Positions 1 to 10,360 of a stretch of DNA of 30,377 nucleotides are shown one piece after another (within the stretch, counting starts at the first letter, position 1; each line of letters opens with the position of its first letter). Position numbers and translations under genes: made by a program. Source of the DNA: a virus (lineage: Duplodnaviria > Heunggongvirae > Uroviricota > Caudoviricetes). The stretch is from the IMG/VR virus record IMGVR_UViG_2565956721_000001, one strand, 5' to 3'. The notes under the pieces are model-generated. The model had not been told where the DNA came from. It was given only the letters and a program-made list of their open reading frames with translations, and did no database searches.

Positions 1-1009
1 AGTTCGTTCTTTGTCCCTCAATAAGCAGGCCATCACACTCAAATCGCGGCTCATTAATTTCCGCCGTTTTCAGTTCGCCAGATTTGTTGATATATGTTGC
101 CGTTGATGCGCGACTGAAATTAACCTGTTTATCACTGGCGACCTGAACCACATCGTCACCAATAGCTATTTTTTTATAGCCCGGAGAAAAACCCGCAATC
201 ATATCCAGTGAATCGTTAAACGGTATCCACACATCAGGCAGCGGCGGCACTATATTCGCATAGGGCTCTGCAGTCACTTCCGCTGCGACTTCTGCGCGGT
301 CTGCCGCCTTTTCAGCCCGTGTCGCTGCCGACAGAGCCTCATCCTTTTTCTGCCCGGCCTTTGTTGCGTCTGCTGCGGCCTCCCGCGCTTTTGTGGTGGC
401 GACTCCGGCATTTTCAGCGGCTGACTCTGCATTACGGCGGGAAGCCTCTTCACTGTCTGCGGAGGCTTCTTCTGACGCACGGGCATTTGTCTCTGAACGT
501 TCTGCCGCTGTTGCTGCGTTTTGTGCGGCTGTTTTTGAAGAAGCTGCCGCTTTCGCGCTGTTACCTGCATTCGTCTCTGATGTTTTCGCCGCATTCCTGG
601 ACGATGCCGCTGCTGTTTCTGATTTCTTTGCTGCCGCTGCGCTCTGAGAGGCGGCTTCAGCGTTGCGTGCCACCTCTTCCACCATCTTTTCAAAACGATA
701 CAGTGCCTCCGGACGAACATCATCTTCTGTTGCAGCGCCCAGAAAATCATTCAATGTCCCCGGCTTAGAATCCTCATACACGGTGATGGCCCCGGCATGT
801 GAAGGCGGAAAACCTTCAACCAGCAGGATAACGCTGTACTGGCCATACTCGACATCCATGCTGTAACGTCCGGCTTCATCCGGATTTTCTGAGGCCACCG
901 TGTTCACCACAACCGTGGTGCTGTTACGTTTTGCTTTGAGCTGAATGGTGCAGTTCTGTATCGGTTTTCCTGCACCGTCTTTCAGCACGCCTGAAATCTG
1001 TACTGCCAT
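1..1009 (-). CDS. stf: side tail fibre protein Stf, N-terminal part (gene runs off the left edge of the window)
   Basis: ATG at complement 1007-1009 preceded by a GGAG Shine-Dalgarno; hand translation MAVQISGVLKDGAGKPIQNCTIQLKAKRNSTTVVVNTVASENPDEAGRYSMDVEYGQYSVIL... matches my recollection of the lambda Stf N-terminus; frame stays open to position 1. Not in the ORF track because no stop lies in the window. Confidence 0.8.
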   Translation of the reverse strand, partial: MAVQISGVLKDGAGKPIQNCTIQLKAKRNSTTVVVNTVASENPDEAGRYSMDVEYGQYSVILLVEGFPPSHAGAITVYEDSKPGTLNDFLGAATEDDVRPEALYRFEKMVEEVARNAEAASQSAAAAKKSETAAASSRNAAKTSETNAGNSAKAAASSKTAAQNAATAAERSETNARASEEASADSEEASRRNAESAAENAGVATTKAREAAADATKAGQKKDEALSAATRAEKAADRAEVAAEVTAEPYANIVPPLPDVWIPFNDSLDMIAGFSPGYKKIAIGDDVVQVASDKQVNFSRASTATYINKSGELKTAEINEPRFECDGLLIEGQRTN

Positions 1010-1020
1010 ATTCACTCCAC

Positions 1021-1046
1021 AAATAAAAAAGGCGCCATTTCTGGCG
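1021..1046 (-). terminator. rho-independent terminator between J and stf
   Basis: Minus strand reads GGCGCC-AGAAAT-GGCGCC followed by TTTTTTATTT, 20 nt downstream of the J stop. Confidence 0.6.
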
Positions 1047-1067
1047 CCCGTATCTGGGTTATAAAAT

Positions 1068-4000
1068 TCAACTGATACTGATACCGGCTGTAGATTTCTT
1101 CATCACAACAACAAGAAGGTCGCTGATACTGGTCGTTGGCGTCCAGTTATTAGCACCATATGAAGAAACATTGAAAGTCAGGGTGACATGGCCGTGTCCG
1201 GCAGGCATATCAATGACTGATGAAAATACCCTGCTGACATCCGTCGCGGGTTGCTGAAAGATTTCCTGTCCGTTCTTCAGTACCTGCAGCTTACAGGTTG
1301 AATACCAGTATGACTGTTGGTTGTTGCTGTTGAAGTTTTCATGCTTACCCCCACGAAACAGAACGGGGGGGACTACTATCTGACGGTCAAAAGCCTGGTC
1401 ATCGTACACAGTGACCGTTATTGTACCGCTGGCATAACTGCCATTTCTCGGAAAGGCTTTTCCCACCGTTTTGACAATATCACCTTCAATCTGGTTAGCT
1501 GACAGTTTTCCCAGAATCCGACAGTTCTGATTAATCGTGACGTTGTTGAGCGTCCCGGAGTTCGCGTTCACGTTACCGCTGATATCCGCATTTTTCGCAG
1601 AAAGTCGACCATCAGGTGTCAGTGAAAACGTTGGGGGATTGCCACCGCTGGTAATGGTGGGAGCCGTCAGATATTTCAGGAACACTTCGTTCATGAATAT
1701 CTGATCGCCCTGCCCAACAAACATCGGCTTTGTGTTGCCATTCGCAGGATTAATCATCGCAATCCTGTCCGCCGCCAGCAGCACCTGACTCTGCATACCG
1801 TCAGGAGTATTCTCAACACCGGCACCAATACCCGCGATATAAAGGCGTCCGTCCTGCATCTGCTGCAGCTTCACAGCCCACATGCTGTTCAGGTTATTAT
1901 TTGTATCAACCTGAACCTTCTGTATCTGCTGGATCGCTGCACTCTGGTCTTCCAGTTTCTTATTGACGGTCTGCGTGATTTCATTGCTGACACCCGTAAT
2001 GGACGTCCTGATTTCAGCCAGGTCAGGCGCAAGCTGACCGTTATCAATCTGCGTCCACAACTCCTGAGCCAGATGGGTTTTCCCTATCTCTCCTTTGAAA
2101 AAATTCAGATAGCCGGATGCATCATCACTCGGCTGGCCAACAGCCTCCACAAATGCCGATTTGCCAACGGTGTTCACACTGCGGATGTAAAAATAATAAT
2201 CATGGCCCGGTTTGATATTGATACTGGCGGCTATCCAGTACAGCGCCGTGCCAAGATAGCGTGCTGTGGTTTCAACCTGCCTGATATCCGCAATCCGCTT
2301 TTCCGAGAACCAGAACTCAAACTGTACCGTCGGATCATAAACCGCAAGATGCGGCGTGGCGGTTATCTGAAAATACCCCGGTGTCAGCTCAATCTGCGAC
2401 GGCGCTGCCGGTGCGGCAATCCGGAACGATACCGATGCCGGATCGCCCTGCTGCCCCCACGCATTTACCGCCCGGACTGTCAGCCTGTAGTTCCCCAGCG
2501 CCAGTTGCCTGAAGCGGTATGTGGTTTCCGTCGTCCGGGCCGTGCTGACCAGCCGCTCACTGCCGTCATCCGCTGCCACGGTCAGGCGAAGCATAAAGCT
2601 CACCCCCTTCACCACCTTCGGCGTGTCCCAGCGCGCCAGCACCTGATATTCCCCGCTGTCTGCGGTGACTTCGGCAGTCAGGTGCTGCACCGCTGGCGGC
2701 GTGACACCATTCACCGTGCCGCTCTGGTCGCCGTCAAAGTGCGCCCCGTTATCCACGATGGCCTCTTTTTCCGGTACATGCTGCACGGCAGTGATGGCAT
2801 ACGTGCCGTCATCGTTCTCACGGATACTCACACAGCGGAACAGGCGCTGGCGCAGCGTCGGCAGCTTCAGCCCCCACACGCTGTATTCTGCAACGCCGTC
2901 AGGAACACGGCTCACTTTTACCTTCACGCCGTCGGTGACGGACTGGACCTCCACGCTGACCGGATTCCCCTGTCCGTCAGCCAGGCTTATCAGCGTGGTG
3001 CCGGAGGATGGCAGCGTGATTTCACGGTCGAGCGTCAGTGTCCGCGTCTGGTTGTTCACCGCCAGCACGCGCCCGCCGATGCTGATCCCCGCATAGTCAT
3101 CATCACAGATTTCAATGACATCGCCCGGTACATGGCGAAGCCCTTCTGCACCCACGCTGAAGTCCACGGTCTGCGTTTCCAGCAGCTCCGTTTTAATCAG
3201 CCACAGCCCGGCGCGGTGTGCCTGCCCCCGGCTGGTACAGCCAAAGGCATCCATCTTCGTGACGTTACGACCGTAACGGGCAATGGCCTGCGTGTCCTCC
3301 ACAAGCTCTGTCGCCGTCTCCCAGCCGTTATCCGGGTCAATCCAGTTCACCTCAACGGCATTATGGCGGTCTTTCAGGGCGCTGAAGCTGTAGCGGAACG
3401 GCGCGCCATCATCCGGCATCACCACATTACTGCGGTTATAGGTCCACACCTTATCCGACGGTCGGTCCTGCACGAATGTCAGCGTCTGCCCGTTCCATAC
3501 CGGCATACAGCGCATCGCCGAGCAAAAATCACTGAGCACATCCCACGCCTTGCGCTGTGTGGTCAGGTACGCATTACAGGTGATGCGCGGCTCCGTGCCG
3601 CCAAAGCCGTCCGGCACTGACTGGTCGCAATTCTGGCCGATGACATACAGCGCCCATTTATCCACATCTGCCGCACCAAGACGTTTCCCCATGCCGTAGC
3701 GCGGATGGGTCAGCATATCCCACAGACACCAGGCCATGTTGTTGCTGTATGCTAGCTTAAACGTTCCGTCCCAGATACCGCTGTATTGCCGCGTCTGCGG
3801 GTTATAGTTCGACGGCACCTGCAGAATGCGCCCGCGAAGATGATAATTACGGCTCACCTGCTGGCTGCCGAACTGCTCCGAGTCCACCTGTACGCCGACC
3901 AGTGCCGTGTTCGGGTAGCACTGTTTCACATCGATGATTTCGGTGTATGACGACCAGAGCGTTTTGTTCTGCAACTGGTCTGTGGTGCTGTCCGGCGTCA

Positions 4001-4550
4001 TCCTGCGCATCCGGATATTAAACGGGCGCGGCGGCAGGTTATCCACCACCACCGAGGCCAGATACTGCGACGTGGTTTTGCCCTTAATGGTGATGTCTTT
4101 TTCCGTCACCCAGCCACCGTTACGTTGAATCTGAACCAGCAGGCGGACTTCCGATGGATTCCTGTCCCCCTTTGAGGTGGTTTCCACCAGTGCCTGCACG
4201 CCGAAAGTAAAACGCAGACGGTCAATGTTTGCCGACGTGATGGTCCGGGTGATCGGCGTGTCATATTTCACTTCTGTACCGAGCACCGTCTCGGAGCCGG
4301 AGGATTCAAATCCCTCCGGCGGAGTCTGCTCCTGCTCACCGGCCCGGAACACCACCGTGACGCCGAATATATTGGTATTCCCCTCACTGTCCAGCACCGG
4401 CGTACTGTTCAGCAGCACGCTTTTTAATCCATCCACCGGACCTTCAACCGGCCCTTCGCTGATGGCGTCTATCACGCTCAGCATCTGGGATGATTTCAGG
4501 TTGTCCTTCGCTTCGCGCGGGGTATGCCCCTTACTGCTGCCTTTACCCAT
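1068..4550 (-). CDS. J: tail tip / host specificity protein J
   Basis: 1160-aa ORF; N-terminus [20 protein letters not shown] and most of the length match recalled lambda gpJ; the C-terminal part diverges. Confidence 0.95.
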   Translation of the reverse strand: MGKGSSKGHTPREAKDNLKSSQMLSVIDAISEGPVEGPVDGLKSVLLNSTPVLDSEGNTNIFGVTVVFRAGEQEQTPPEGFESSGSETVLGTEVKYDTPITRTITSANIDRLRFTFGVQALVETTSKGDRNPSEVRLLVQIQRNGGWVTEKDITIKGKTTSQYLASVVVDNLPPRPFNIRMRRMTPDSTTDQLQNKTLWSSYTEIIDVKQCYPNTALVGVQVDSEQFGSQQVSRNYHLRGRILQVPSNYNPQTRQYSGIWDGTFKLAYSNNMAWCLWDMLTHPRYGMGKRLGAADVDKWALYVIGQNCDQSVPDGFGGTEPRITCNAYLTTQRKAWDVLSDFCSAMRCMPVWNGQTLTFVQDRPSDKVWTYNRSNVVMPDDGAPFRYSFSALKDRHNAVEVNWIDPDNGWETATELVEDTQAIARYGRNVTKMDAFGCTSRGQAHRAGLWLIKTELLETQTVDFSVGAEGLRHVPGDVIEICDDDYAGISIGGRVLAVNNQTRTLTLDREITLPSSGTTLISLADGQGNPVSVEVQSVTDGVKVKVSRVPDGVAEYSVWGLKLPTLRQRLFRCVSIRENDDGTYAITAVQHVPEKEAIVDNGAHFDGDQSGTVNGVTPPAVQHLTAEVTADSGEYQVLARWDTPKVVKGVSFMLRLTVAADDGSERLVSTARTTETTYRFRQLALGNYRLTVRAVNAWGQQGDPASVSFRIAAPAAPSQIELTPGYFQITATPHLAVYDPTVQFEFWFSEKRIADIRQVETTARYLGTALYWIAASINIKPGHDYYFYIRSVNTVGKSAFVEAVGQPSDDASGYLNFFKGEIGKTHLAQELWTQIDNGQLAPDLAEIRTSITGVSNEITQTVNKKLEDQSAAIQQIQKVQVDTNNNLNSMWAVKLQQMQDGRLYIAGIGAGVENTPDGMQSQVLLAADRIAMINPANGNTKPMFVGQGDQIFMNEVFLKYLTAPTITSGGNPPTFSLTPDGRLSAKNADISGNVNANSGTLNNVTINQNCRILGKLSANQIEGDIVKTVGKAFPRNGSYASGTITVTVYDDQAFDRQIVVPPVLFRGGKHENFNSNNQQSYWYSTCKLQVLKNGQEIFQQPATDVSRVFSSVIDMPAGHGHVTLTFNVSSYGANNWTPTTSISDLLVVVMKKSTAGISIS

Positions 4551-4572
4551 TCCTCATGCTCCATAAACGATA

Positions 4573-4592
4573 AAACCGCCCGGAGGCGGTTT
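4573..4592 (-). terminator. stem-loop in the I-J intergenic region (possible attenuator)
   Basis: Minus strand AAACCGCC-TCCG-GGCGGTTT followed by a U-containing stretch; sits in the 60-nt I-J gap. Confidence 0.3.
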
Positions 4593-4610
4593 CACATAAA
4601 ACATTTTGCA

Positions 4611-5282
4611 TCAGCGACCAATCACCACAACCTGACCACCATCCCCTTCGTCTGCCGTGCTGATCTCCTGAGAAACCACGCGTGACCCCACGCGCATTTC
4701 ACCGTACAGAACCGGCAGAACATTGCCCTGGGCAACCATGTTATCCAGTGAGGAGAAATAGGTGTTCTGTTTGCCGTTATCCGTTGTCTGTGTACGGGGA
4801 GTTCTGGCTTTCGGTGCCAGCATCTGCGCCACACCACCGAGCACCATACTGGCACCGAGAGAAAACAGGATGCCGGTCATACCACCGGCCCCAATGGCTG
4901 CCCCCCATGCTGCAAGGGTGGCTCCGGCGGTAAAGAATGATCCGGCAATGGCGGCAGCCCCCAGGACAATCTGGAATACGCCACCTGACTTGGCCCCGGC
5001 GACTCTGGGAACAATATGAATCACAGCGCCATCAGGCAGAGTCTCATGTAACTGCGCCGTTAACCCGGACGTGCTGACGTCCCGCCCGGCAATCCGTACC
5101 TGATACCAGCCGTCGCTCAGTTTCTGACGAAACACCGGGAGCTGTGTGGCCAGTGCGCGGATGGCTTCAGCCCCCGTTTTCACACGAAGGTCGATGCGGC
5201 GGCCAAATCGTTGTAAATCCCCGTAAAGGCAGATGCGCGCCATGCCCGGTGACGCCAGAGGGAGTGTGTGCGTCGCTGCCAT
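4611..5282 (-). CDS. I: tail assembly protein I
   Basis: 223-aa ORF, same length as lambda gpI; overlaps the 3' end of K as in lambda. Confidence 0.9.
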   Translation of the reverse strand: MAATHTLPLASPGMARICLYGDLQRFGRRIDLRVKTGAEAIRALATQLPVFRQKLSDGWYQVRIAGRDVSTSGLTAQLHETLPDGAVIHIVPRVAGAKSGGVFQIVLGAAAIAGSFFTAGATLAAWGAAIGAGGMTGILFSLGASMVLGGVAQMLAPKARTPRTQTTDNGKQNTYFSSLDNMVAQGNVLPVLYGEMRVGSRVVSQEISTADEGDGGQVVVIGR

Positions 5283-5923
5283 TTGTCGGTATACCTCTCT
5301 CGTTTACTCAGTTGTTCAGGAATATGGTGCAGCAACTCGCCGTCACCACAGTAAATAGCGGCATGATTCGGCACCGATGAACCAAAGCAGCACAGCAGCA
5401 CATCGCCCGGCTGCGCCGCTGACAACGGCACCTGATACAGCCCTGTGGCCTCCAGATTATCAAGATAGAGATTCTGGCCGTTACGCCACCAGTCATCCTC
5501 ACGATGAAAGTCCGGCATCTCAATCCCCGCCAGATGGTAAGCGTCCCGGAACAGCGTGTAACAGTCCGTCACCCCGTGCTCAAAGCGCCGCCCGGTGAGA
5601 TGCGGCACACAGCGGAACTTATGAATCGCCCCCCGGCAGACCAGCCACCACGGCAAATCACTCTGCACCTGCAGCCGCCGGTCGGCCTCACTCAGCCAGG
5701 GCAGACCACCGGGATGACTGTGGACCAGCGCCACAATCTCACCCTGCATCTCTGCCTGCAGCCAGTCCTCCGGAGCCATCCGGAAATACGCCTCCGGCTC
5801 ACCGGAGATATTCACGCAGGGAAAATATCTTTCCCCCTCCGGCGCTCTCACCACGAAGCCGCACGACTCCGCTGGCGCACATCGCCGGGCATGCGCCAGA
5901 ATCGCTGATTCTGTCTCTGTCAT
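5180..5923 (-). CDS. K: tail tip assembly protein K (JAMM/MPN-like plus NlpC/P60-like domains)
   Basis: 247-aa ORF starting MTETESAILAHARRCAPAESCGF; contains an HSHP motif and a Cys-containing C-terminal domain. Lambda K is often annotated from an internal ATG (199 aa; that would be 5180..5779 here). Confidence 0.85.
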   Translation of the reverse strand: MTETESAILAHARRCAPAESCGFVVRAPEGERYFPCVNISGEPEAYFRMAPEDWLQAEMQGEIVALVHSHPGGLPWLSEADRRLQVQSDLPWWLVCRGAIHKFRCVPHLTGRRFEHGVTDCYTLFRDAYHLAGIEMPDFHREDDWWRNGQNLYLDNLEATGLYQVPLSAAQPGDVLLCCFGSSVPNHAAIYCGDGELLHHIPEQLSKRERYTDKWQRRTHSLWRHRAWRASAFTGIYNDLAAASTFV

Positions 5924-5928
5924 GGGAT

Positions 5929-6627
5929 TTACTGCGAAAGTTTGTTAATGGAAAGGAAGCCGCCAAAGTTGCCGACGTTATTGCGAAACTTACAGCCGCT
6001 CAGGCATTTGCTGCATTTATCCTTCGTGATATCGGAAGTCGGCTGATCATATTCATCCGCGACCGCCGGACCGTGATAACCGCACTCATCACCGCGATAG
6101 GTCCAGGTGCAGGTATTAGCCAGCATGATGCGCCCCGGAAAAACGGCACCATCCGTTTCCGTCGGTGTGGACAGTACAAAGGAGGCACTGACCGCACTCA
6201 GTTCGCTGCACTGCTCGATGCGCCAGCGGCTGATCACCTCCTGCTCCGGATCGGCGTCGCTGTTTCCGTTGACGAAGTTCACCGCATCCAGAAAACGGGC
6301 GTAAACCTTACGCCTGACCACCGTTCCGCCGACCAGACTCTGCAGATCTTCCACCATCCCGGTGACCATACCGTACAGGTTAGAAACCGTCAGCGTGGGG
6401 CGCGTACTGGTGCCTTTGCCATTCAGTTCAAAACTACTCCCCTGAATGGGATACGGCTGATACTGTCGCCCCTGCCAGGTGACCGGCTCACCTTTTTCGT
6501 TCTGCTCATTACAGAAAAAATAACGTTCTCCACCGACCTCTGTCAGATCGATTTCCCAGAGCACCACGCTGGCCGACTGCTCCGCACGGGTGCATTCATT
6601 CAATGTTTCCTGCCGGATATCCTGCAT
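5929..6627 (-). CDS. L: minor tail protein L
   Basis: 232-aa ORF, same length and position as lambda gpL. Confidence 0.9.
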   Translation of the reverse strand: MQDIRQETLNECTRAEQSASVVLWEIDLTEVGGERYFFCNEQNEKGEPVTWQGRQYQPYPIQGSSFELNGKGTSTRPTLTVSNLYGMVTGMVEDLQSLVGGTVVRRKVYARFLDAVNFVNGNSDADPEQEVISRWRIEQCSELSAVSASFVLSTPTETDGAVFPGRIMLANTCTWTYRGDECGYHGPAVADEYDQPTSDITKDKCSKCLSGCKFRNNVGNFGGFLSINKLSQ

Positions 6628-6956
6628 CAGTTCACCACCTGTTCAAACTCTGCGCTGAACTCAACACGCAGCATACTGACCCGCGACGACCATTTTGCGC
6701 AGGTCACCTTTATCTGCCTGTAACCATAAGGCGGCGTCCACAGAAAGGCCTTCCAGCCCCCGTGCTCAGCCAGAAACGACTCCAGCGCCGTGGCCTCCTC
6801 ACGGGAGACAGACAGCGTCACGCTGTACGTTTTCAGGTCAGCGTTCAGCCCGGCAGGCGCACGCTGGGAATAGCCATCACCAAAGCGCACCTCCCTGACG
6901 GAAGGAGCCGATGTCACATCCATCCCGGGTTTCACTTTCCAGCGGAAGGTTTTCAT
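6627..6956 (-). CDS. M: minor tail protein M
   Basis: 109-aa ORF between H and L, lambda gene order. Confidence 0.9.
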   Translation of the reverse strand: MKTFRWKVKPGMDVTSAPSVREVRFGDGYSQRAPAGLNADLKTYSVTLSVSREEATALESFLAEHGGWKAFLWTPPYGYRQIKVTCAKWSSRVSMLRVEFSAEFEQVVN

Positions 6957-9514
6957 CGTCCACCTCCGGAGAACAGACCACCATCGCGCATCTGTGCCTG
7001 GATTTCATCACGGGCACCCTTGCGGGCCATGTCATACACCGCCTTCATCATCTGTGGACCTGGCAGACCATTCGTACCGTCGTTCTGAATCACCACGTTG
7101 TTGTTCTGCTCAAACCTGATACCCTCTGAACGCCGCATTTGCGCCGGACTTCCGGTGCCACCGACATAACCGCCGGTGGCATAGCCGCGCATCAGCCGGT
7201 AGAGATTTCCCACGCCAATCCGGCTGGTTGCCTCCTTCGTGAAGACAAATTCACCACGGTGAACAATCCCCGCTGGCTCATATTTGCCGCCGGTTCCCGT
7301 AAATCCTCCGGTTGCAAAATGGAGTTTCGCCGCAGCGGCCTGAATGGCTGTACCGCCTGACGCGGATGCGCCGCCACCAACAGCCCCGCCAATAGCGCTG
7401 CCGATACTCCCGACAATCCCCACCATTGCCTGCTTAAGCAGAATTTCTGTCATCATGGACAGCACGGAACGGGTGAAGCTGCGCCAGTTCTGTTCACTGC
7501 CGGTCAGCATCGCCGCCATATTCTGCGCAATACCATCAAAGGTCTGCGTGGCTGCACTTTTTACCTGCGACATACTGTCCGTGGCGCTCTCTTCCCACTC
7601 ACTCCAGCCGGACTTCAGGCCTGCCATCCAGTTCCCGCGAAGCTGGTCTTCAGCCGCCCAGGTCTTTTTCTGCTCTGACATGACGTTATTCAGCGCCAGC
7701 GGATTATCGCCATACTGTTCCTTCAGGCGCTGTTCCGTGGCTTCCCGTTCTGCCTGCCGGTCAGTCAGCCCCCGGCTTTTCGCATCAATGGCGGCCCGTT
7801 TTGCCCGTTGCTGCTGTGCGAATTTATCCGCCTGCTGCGCCAGCGCGTTCAGGCGCTCCTGATACGTAACCTTGTCGCCAAGCGCAGCCAGCTGGCGTTT
7901 GTACTCCAGCGTCTCATCTTTATGCGCCAGCAGGGATTTCTCCTGTGCAGACAGCTGGCGACGTTGCGCCGCCTCCTCCAGTACCGCGAACTGACTCTCC
8001 GCCTTCCACAAATCCCGGCGCTGCTGGCTGATTTTCTCATTTGCTCCGGCATGCTTCTCCAGCGTCCGGAGTTCTGCCTGAAGCGTCAGCAGAGCAGCAT
8101 GAGCACTGTCTTCCTGACGATCGCCCGCAGACACCTTCACGCCGGACTGTTTCGGCTTTTTCAGCGTCGCTTCATAATCCTTTTTCGCCGCCGCCATCAG
8201 CGTGTTGTAATCCGCCTGCAGGATTTTCCCGTCTTTCAGTGCCTTGTTCAGTTCTTCCTGACGGGCGGTATATTTCTCCAGCGGCGTCTGCAGCCGTTCG
8301 TAAGCCTTCTGCGCCTCTTCGGTATATTTCAGCCGTGACGCTTCGGTATCGCTCTGCTGCTGCGCATTTTTGTCCTGTTGAGTCTGCTGCTCAGCCTTCT
8401 TTCGGGCGGCTTCAAGCGCAAGACGGGCCTTTTCACGATCATCCCAGTAACGCGCCCGCGCTTCATCGTTAACAAAATAATCATCCTTGCGCAGATTCCA
8501 GATGTCGTCCGCTTTCTTAAACGCAGCCTCTGCCTTAATCAGCATCTCCTGAGCGGTATCAGGACGACCAATATCCAGCACCGCATCCCACATGGATTTG
8601 AATGCCCGTGCTGTCCTGTCTGCCCAGGTTTCCAGCGTGCCCATGTTCTCTTTCAGGCGTCGGGTCTGGTCATCAAACCCTTTCGTTGCGGCCTCGTTCG
8701 CCGCCTGCAATGCCCCGGATTCATCGCCGGAACGCTGCAACTGAGCAACATACGCAATCTGCTCCGCCGTTACGTTATGGAACTGGCGCGCCATCGCCGT
8801 CAGCCCCGACGTCGGGTCAGTGGTCAGCTTCCCGAAGGCTTCAGCGACCTTGTCCACCTCCACGCCGGATGCAGAGGAGAAACGCGCCACACTCTGGCTG
8901 ATGGATGCAATCTGAGCCTCACCGCTTACTCCCGCCTTAACCAGTGCGCTGAGTGACTCGCTGGTCTGGTTAAACGTCAGCCCTGCCGCCTGCCCGGCTC
9001 TGGACAGGACCAGCATACGATCTGCCGTCAGACCCGACTGATTGCCGGAAAGGACCAGCGTTTTGTTGAAATCGGACAGGGTTGAGTTACCCTGATACCA
9101 GGCATACGCCAGCGCACCGGTCGCCACCGCCAGCGAGGTGGCCCCGACCATCGGCAGGGTGATCGCACCGGCAAGCCCCCGGAACATGGGGATCATCCCG
9201 CCGAAGGAGTCCTTAACCTGACCACCCTGTTGCAGCAGGATCAGCCACGGGCTTTGCCCGCCTGCAAGCTGCGTGGCCACGTCGGTGAACTGTGCAGGCA
9301 GCATACGCATGGCGGCTTTATACTGCCCGACGGAAATCCCCGCTTTCTGTGCAGCCAGCGCCTGTCGGCTCAGCGACTGTTCAACGACTGCCGCTGTTTT
9401 TTTCGCATCACTTTCCGTACCGGAAAAATGACGCCTGACTCTGGCCATCTGCTCGTCAAATCTGGCCGCATCCAGACTTAAATCAACGACCAGATCGCCT
9501 ACCGGTTCAGCCAT
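6953..9514 (-). CDS. H: tail tape measure protein H
   Basis: 853-aa ORF, same length as lambda gpH; Ala/Gln-rich coiled-coil sequence. Confidence 0.95.
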   Translation of the reverse strand: MAEPVGDLVVDLSLDAARFDEQMARVRRHFSGTESDAKKTAAVVEQSLSRQALAAQKAGISVGQYKAAMRMLPAQFTDVATQLAGGQSPWLILLQQGGQVKDSFGGMIPMFRGLAGAITLPMVGATSLAVATGALAYAWYQGNSTLSDFNKTLVLSGNQSGLTADRMLVLSRAGQAAGLTFNQTSESLSALVKAGVSGEAQIASISQSVARFSSASGVEVDKVAEAFGKLTTDPTSGLTAMARQFHNVTAEQIAYVAQLQRSGDESGALQAANEAATKGFDDQTRRLKENMGTLETWADRTARAFKSMWDAVLDIGRPDTAQEMLIKAEAAFKKADDIWNLRKDDYFVNDEARARYWDDREKARLALEAARKKAEQQTQQDKNAQQQSDTEASRLKYTEEAQKAYERLQTPLEKYTARQEELNKALKDGKILQADYNTLMAAAKKDYEATLKKPKQSGVKVSAGDRQEDSAHAALLTLQAELRTLEKHAGANEKISQQRRDLWKAESQFAVLEEAAQRRQLSAQEKSLLAHKDETLEYKRQLAALGDKVTYQERLNALAQQADKFAQQQRAKRAAIDAKSRGLTDRQAEREATEQRLKEQYGDNPLALNNVMSEQKKTWAAEDQLRGNWMAGLKSGWSEWEESATDSMSQVKSAATQTFDGIAQNMAAMLTGSEQNWRSFTRSVLSMMTEILLKQAMVGIVGSIGSAIGGAVGGGASASGGTAIQAAAAKLHFATGGFTGTGGKYEPAGIVHRGEFVFTKEATSRIGVGNLYRLMRGYATGGYVGGTGSPAQMRRSEGIRFEQNNNVVIQNDGTNGLPGPQMMKAVYDMARKGARDEIQAQMRDGGLFSGGGR

Positions 9515-9941
9515 ACCGGACTCCTCCTGCGATCCCTTCTGATACTGTCATCAGCATTACGTCATCCTCCGTCATGCCCGCCATATCCGGGGAAGCGGGG
9601 ATAACTTCATTTCCGTCCGGGTCAAAGCGGACGCCTCCGGTAAGCCCTGCCGCTTTCTGCATCAGCACATCATCTTCAGGCTCTTCGTCATCCTCACGCC
9701 GGTTCAGCAAACTGAAATCCAGCGGATGCATATCCGGATCGCTGAAAAACAGGCTGAGCACAGTGTACGTCAGCCCGGAAAAGTGCATATCCAGCAGAAC
9801 ATCATGAAAATAATGGGTACTGTAAAAGCGGTGCCAGTCGGCATACTCCGTGGATGACATCCCGGCAAGCATGGCGCGCCAGTCAGGTCGCCCCATCTCT
9901 CGCGCCAGTTTCAGGGCAAAACTCAGCTCACCGTCGAACAC
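9507..9941 (-). CDS. T: tail assembly chaperone T frame (expressed as G-T fusion by -1 frameshift)
   Basis: 144-aa ORF in the -1 frame relative to G, beginning at the slippery site; arrangement as in lambda G/G-T. Confidence 0.85.
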   Translation of the reverse strand: MFDGELSFALKLAREMGRPDWRAMLAGMSSTEYADWHRFYSTHYFHDVLLDMHFSGLTYTVLSLFFSDPDMHPLDFSLLNRREDDEEPEDDVLMQKAAGLTGGVRFDPDGNEVIPASPDMAGMTEDDVMLMTVSEGIAGGVRYG

Positions 9942-10345
9942 TTTCCCGCAGAAACAGGCTCTGCAGGCCCGGAGTCCTCTGCCTGGTCAGGGGCATCATT
10001 CACCACAAACCCATACATACCGGACAGCCGGTACACCACGTTTTCAGCATGAGAAATTGCCTCCGCGGGCCAGGTGGTAAGCACTTCCTGCTCAATCTGT
10101 TTAACGGCTTCATTCATGGAAGGCTGCTTTGTCTTCTGCGGATGGTTATGCCACAGGGACATCGCCACCACAAAAGCACCGGTTCTGATGGCGTCTTCCA
10201 CAGTAACCTGCCGGTTGCTGTCTGACTCCGCCTGTTCTGCCTGCTGTTTCATCAGGGCGAGATGCTCAATACGCTGCAGGGCTGACAGTTCAGAAAGCGT
10301 GACGGTCACGCCGTTATGTTCAAATGATTCGGTTTTCAGGAACAT
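9923..10345 (-). CDS. G: tail assembly chaperone G
   Basis: 140-aa ORF between V and T, ending just after the slippery site. Confidence 0.9.
   Translation of the reverse strand: MFLKTESFEHNGVTVTLSELSALQRIEHLALMKQQAEQAESDSNRQVTVEDAIRTGAFVVAMSLWHNHPQKTKQPSMNEAVKQIEQEVLTTWPAEAISHAENVVYRLSGMYGFVVNDAPDQAEDSGPAEPVSAGKCSTVS
9941..9947 (-). promoter_or_regulatory. programmed -1 ribosomal frameshift slippery heptamer G GGA AAG
   Basis: Minus strand reads GCG GGA AAG TGT at the end of G; this is the canonical lambda G-T slippery sequence, 18 nt before the G stop. Confidence 0.8.
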
Positions 10346-10360
10346 CGCTGACTCTCCGGA

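Noticed and set aside
274-866. Track ORFs 274..750 (-), 319..768 (+), 393..647 (+) and 663..866 (+)
   Set aside because: All lie inside the stf coding region in other frames or strands; the real stf frame is not in the track only because its stop is outside the window.
2073-3620. 515-aa plus-strand ORF (also 2665..3096 and 1317..1502) inside J
   Set aside because: Antisense shadow ORFs within the well-supported J gene; Arg/Pro/His-rich composition typical of non-coding frames in GC-rich sequence.
7344-8956. Several plus-strand ORFs of 140-190 aa overlapping H
   Set aside because: Antisense to the tape measure gene; low-complexity Arg/Ser/Pro-rich translations; no ribosome-binding sites noted.
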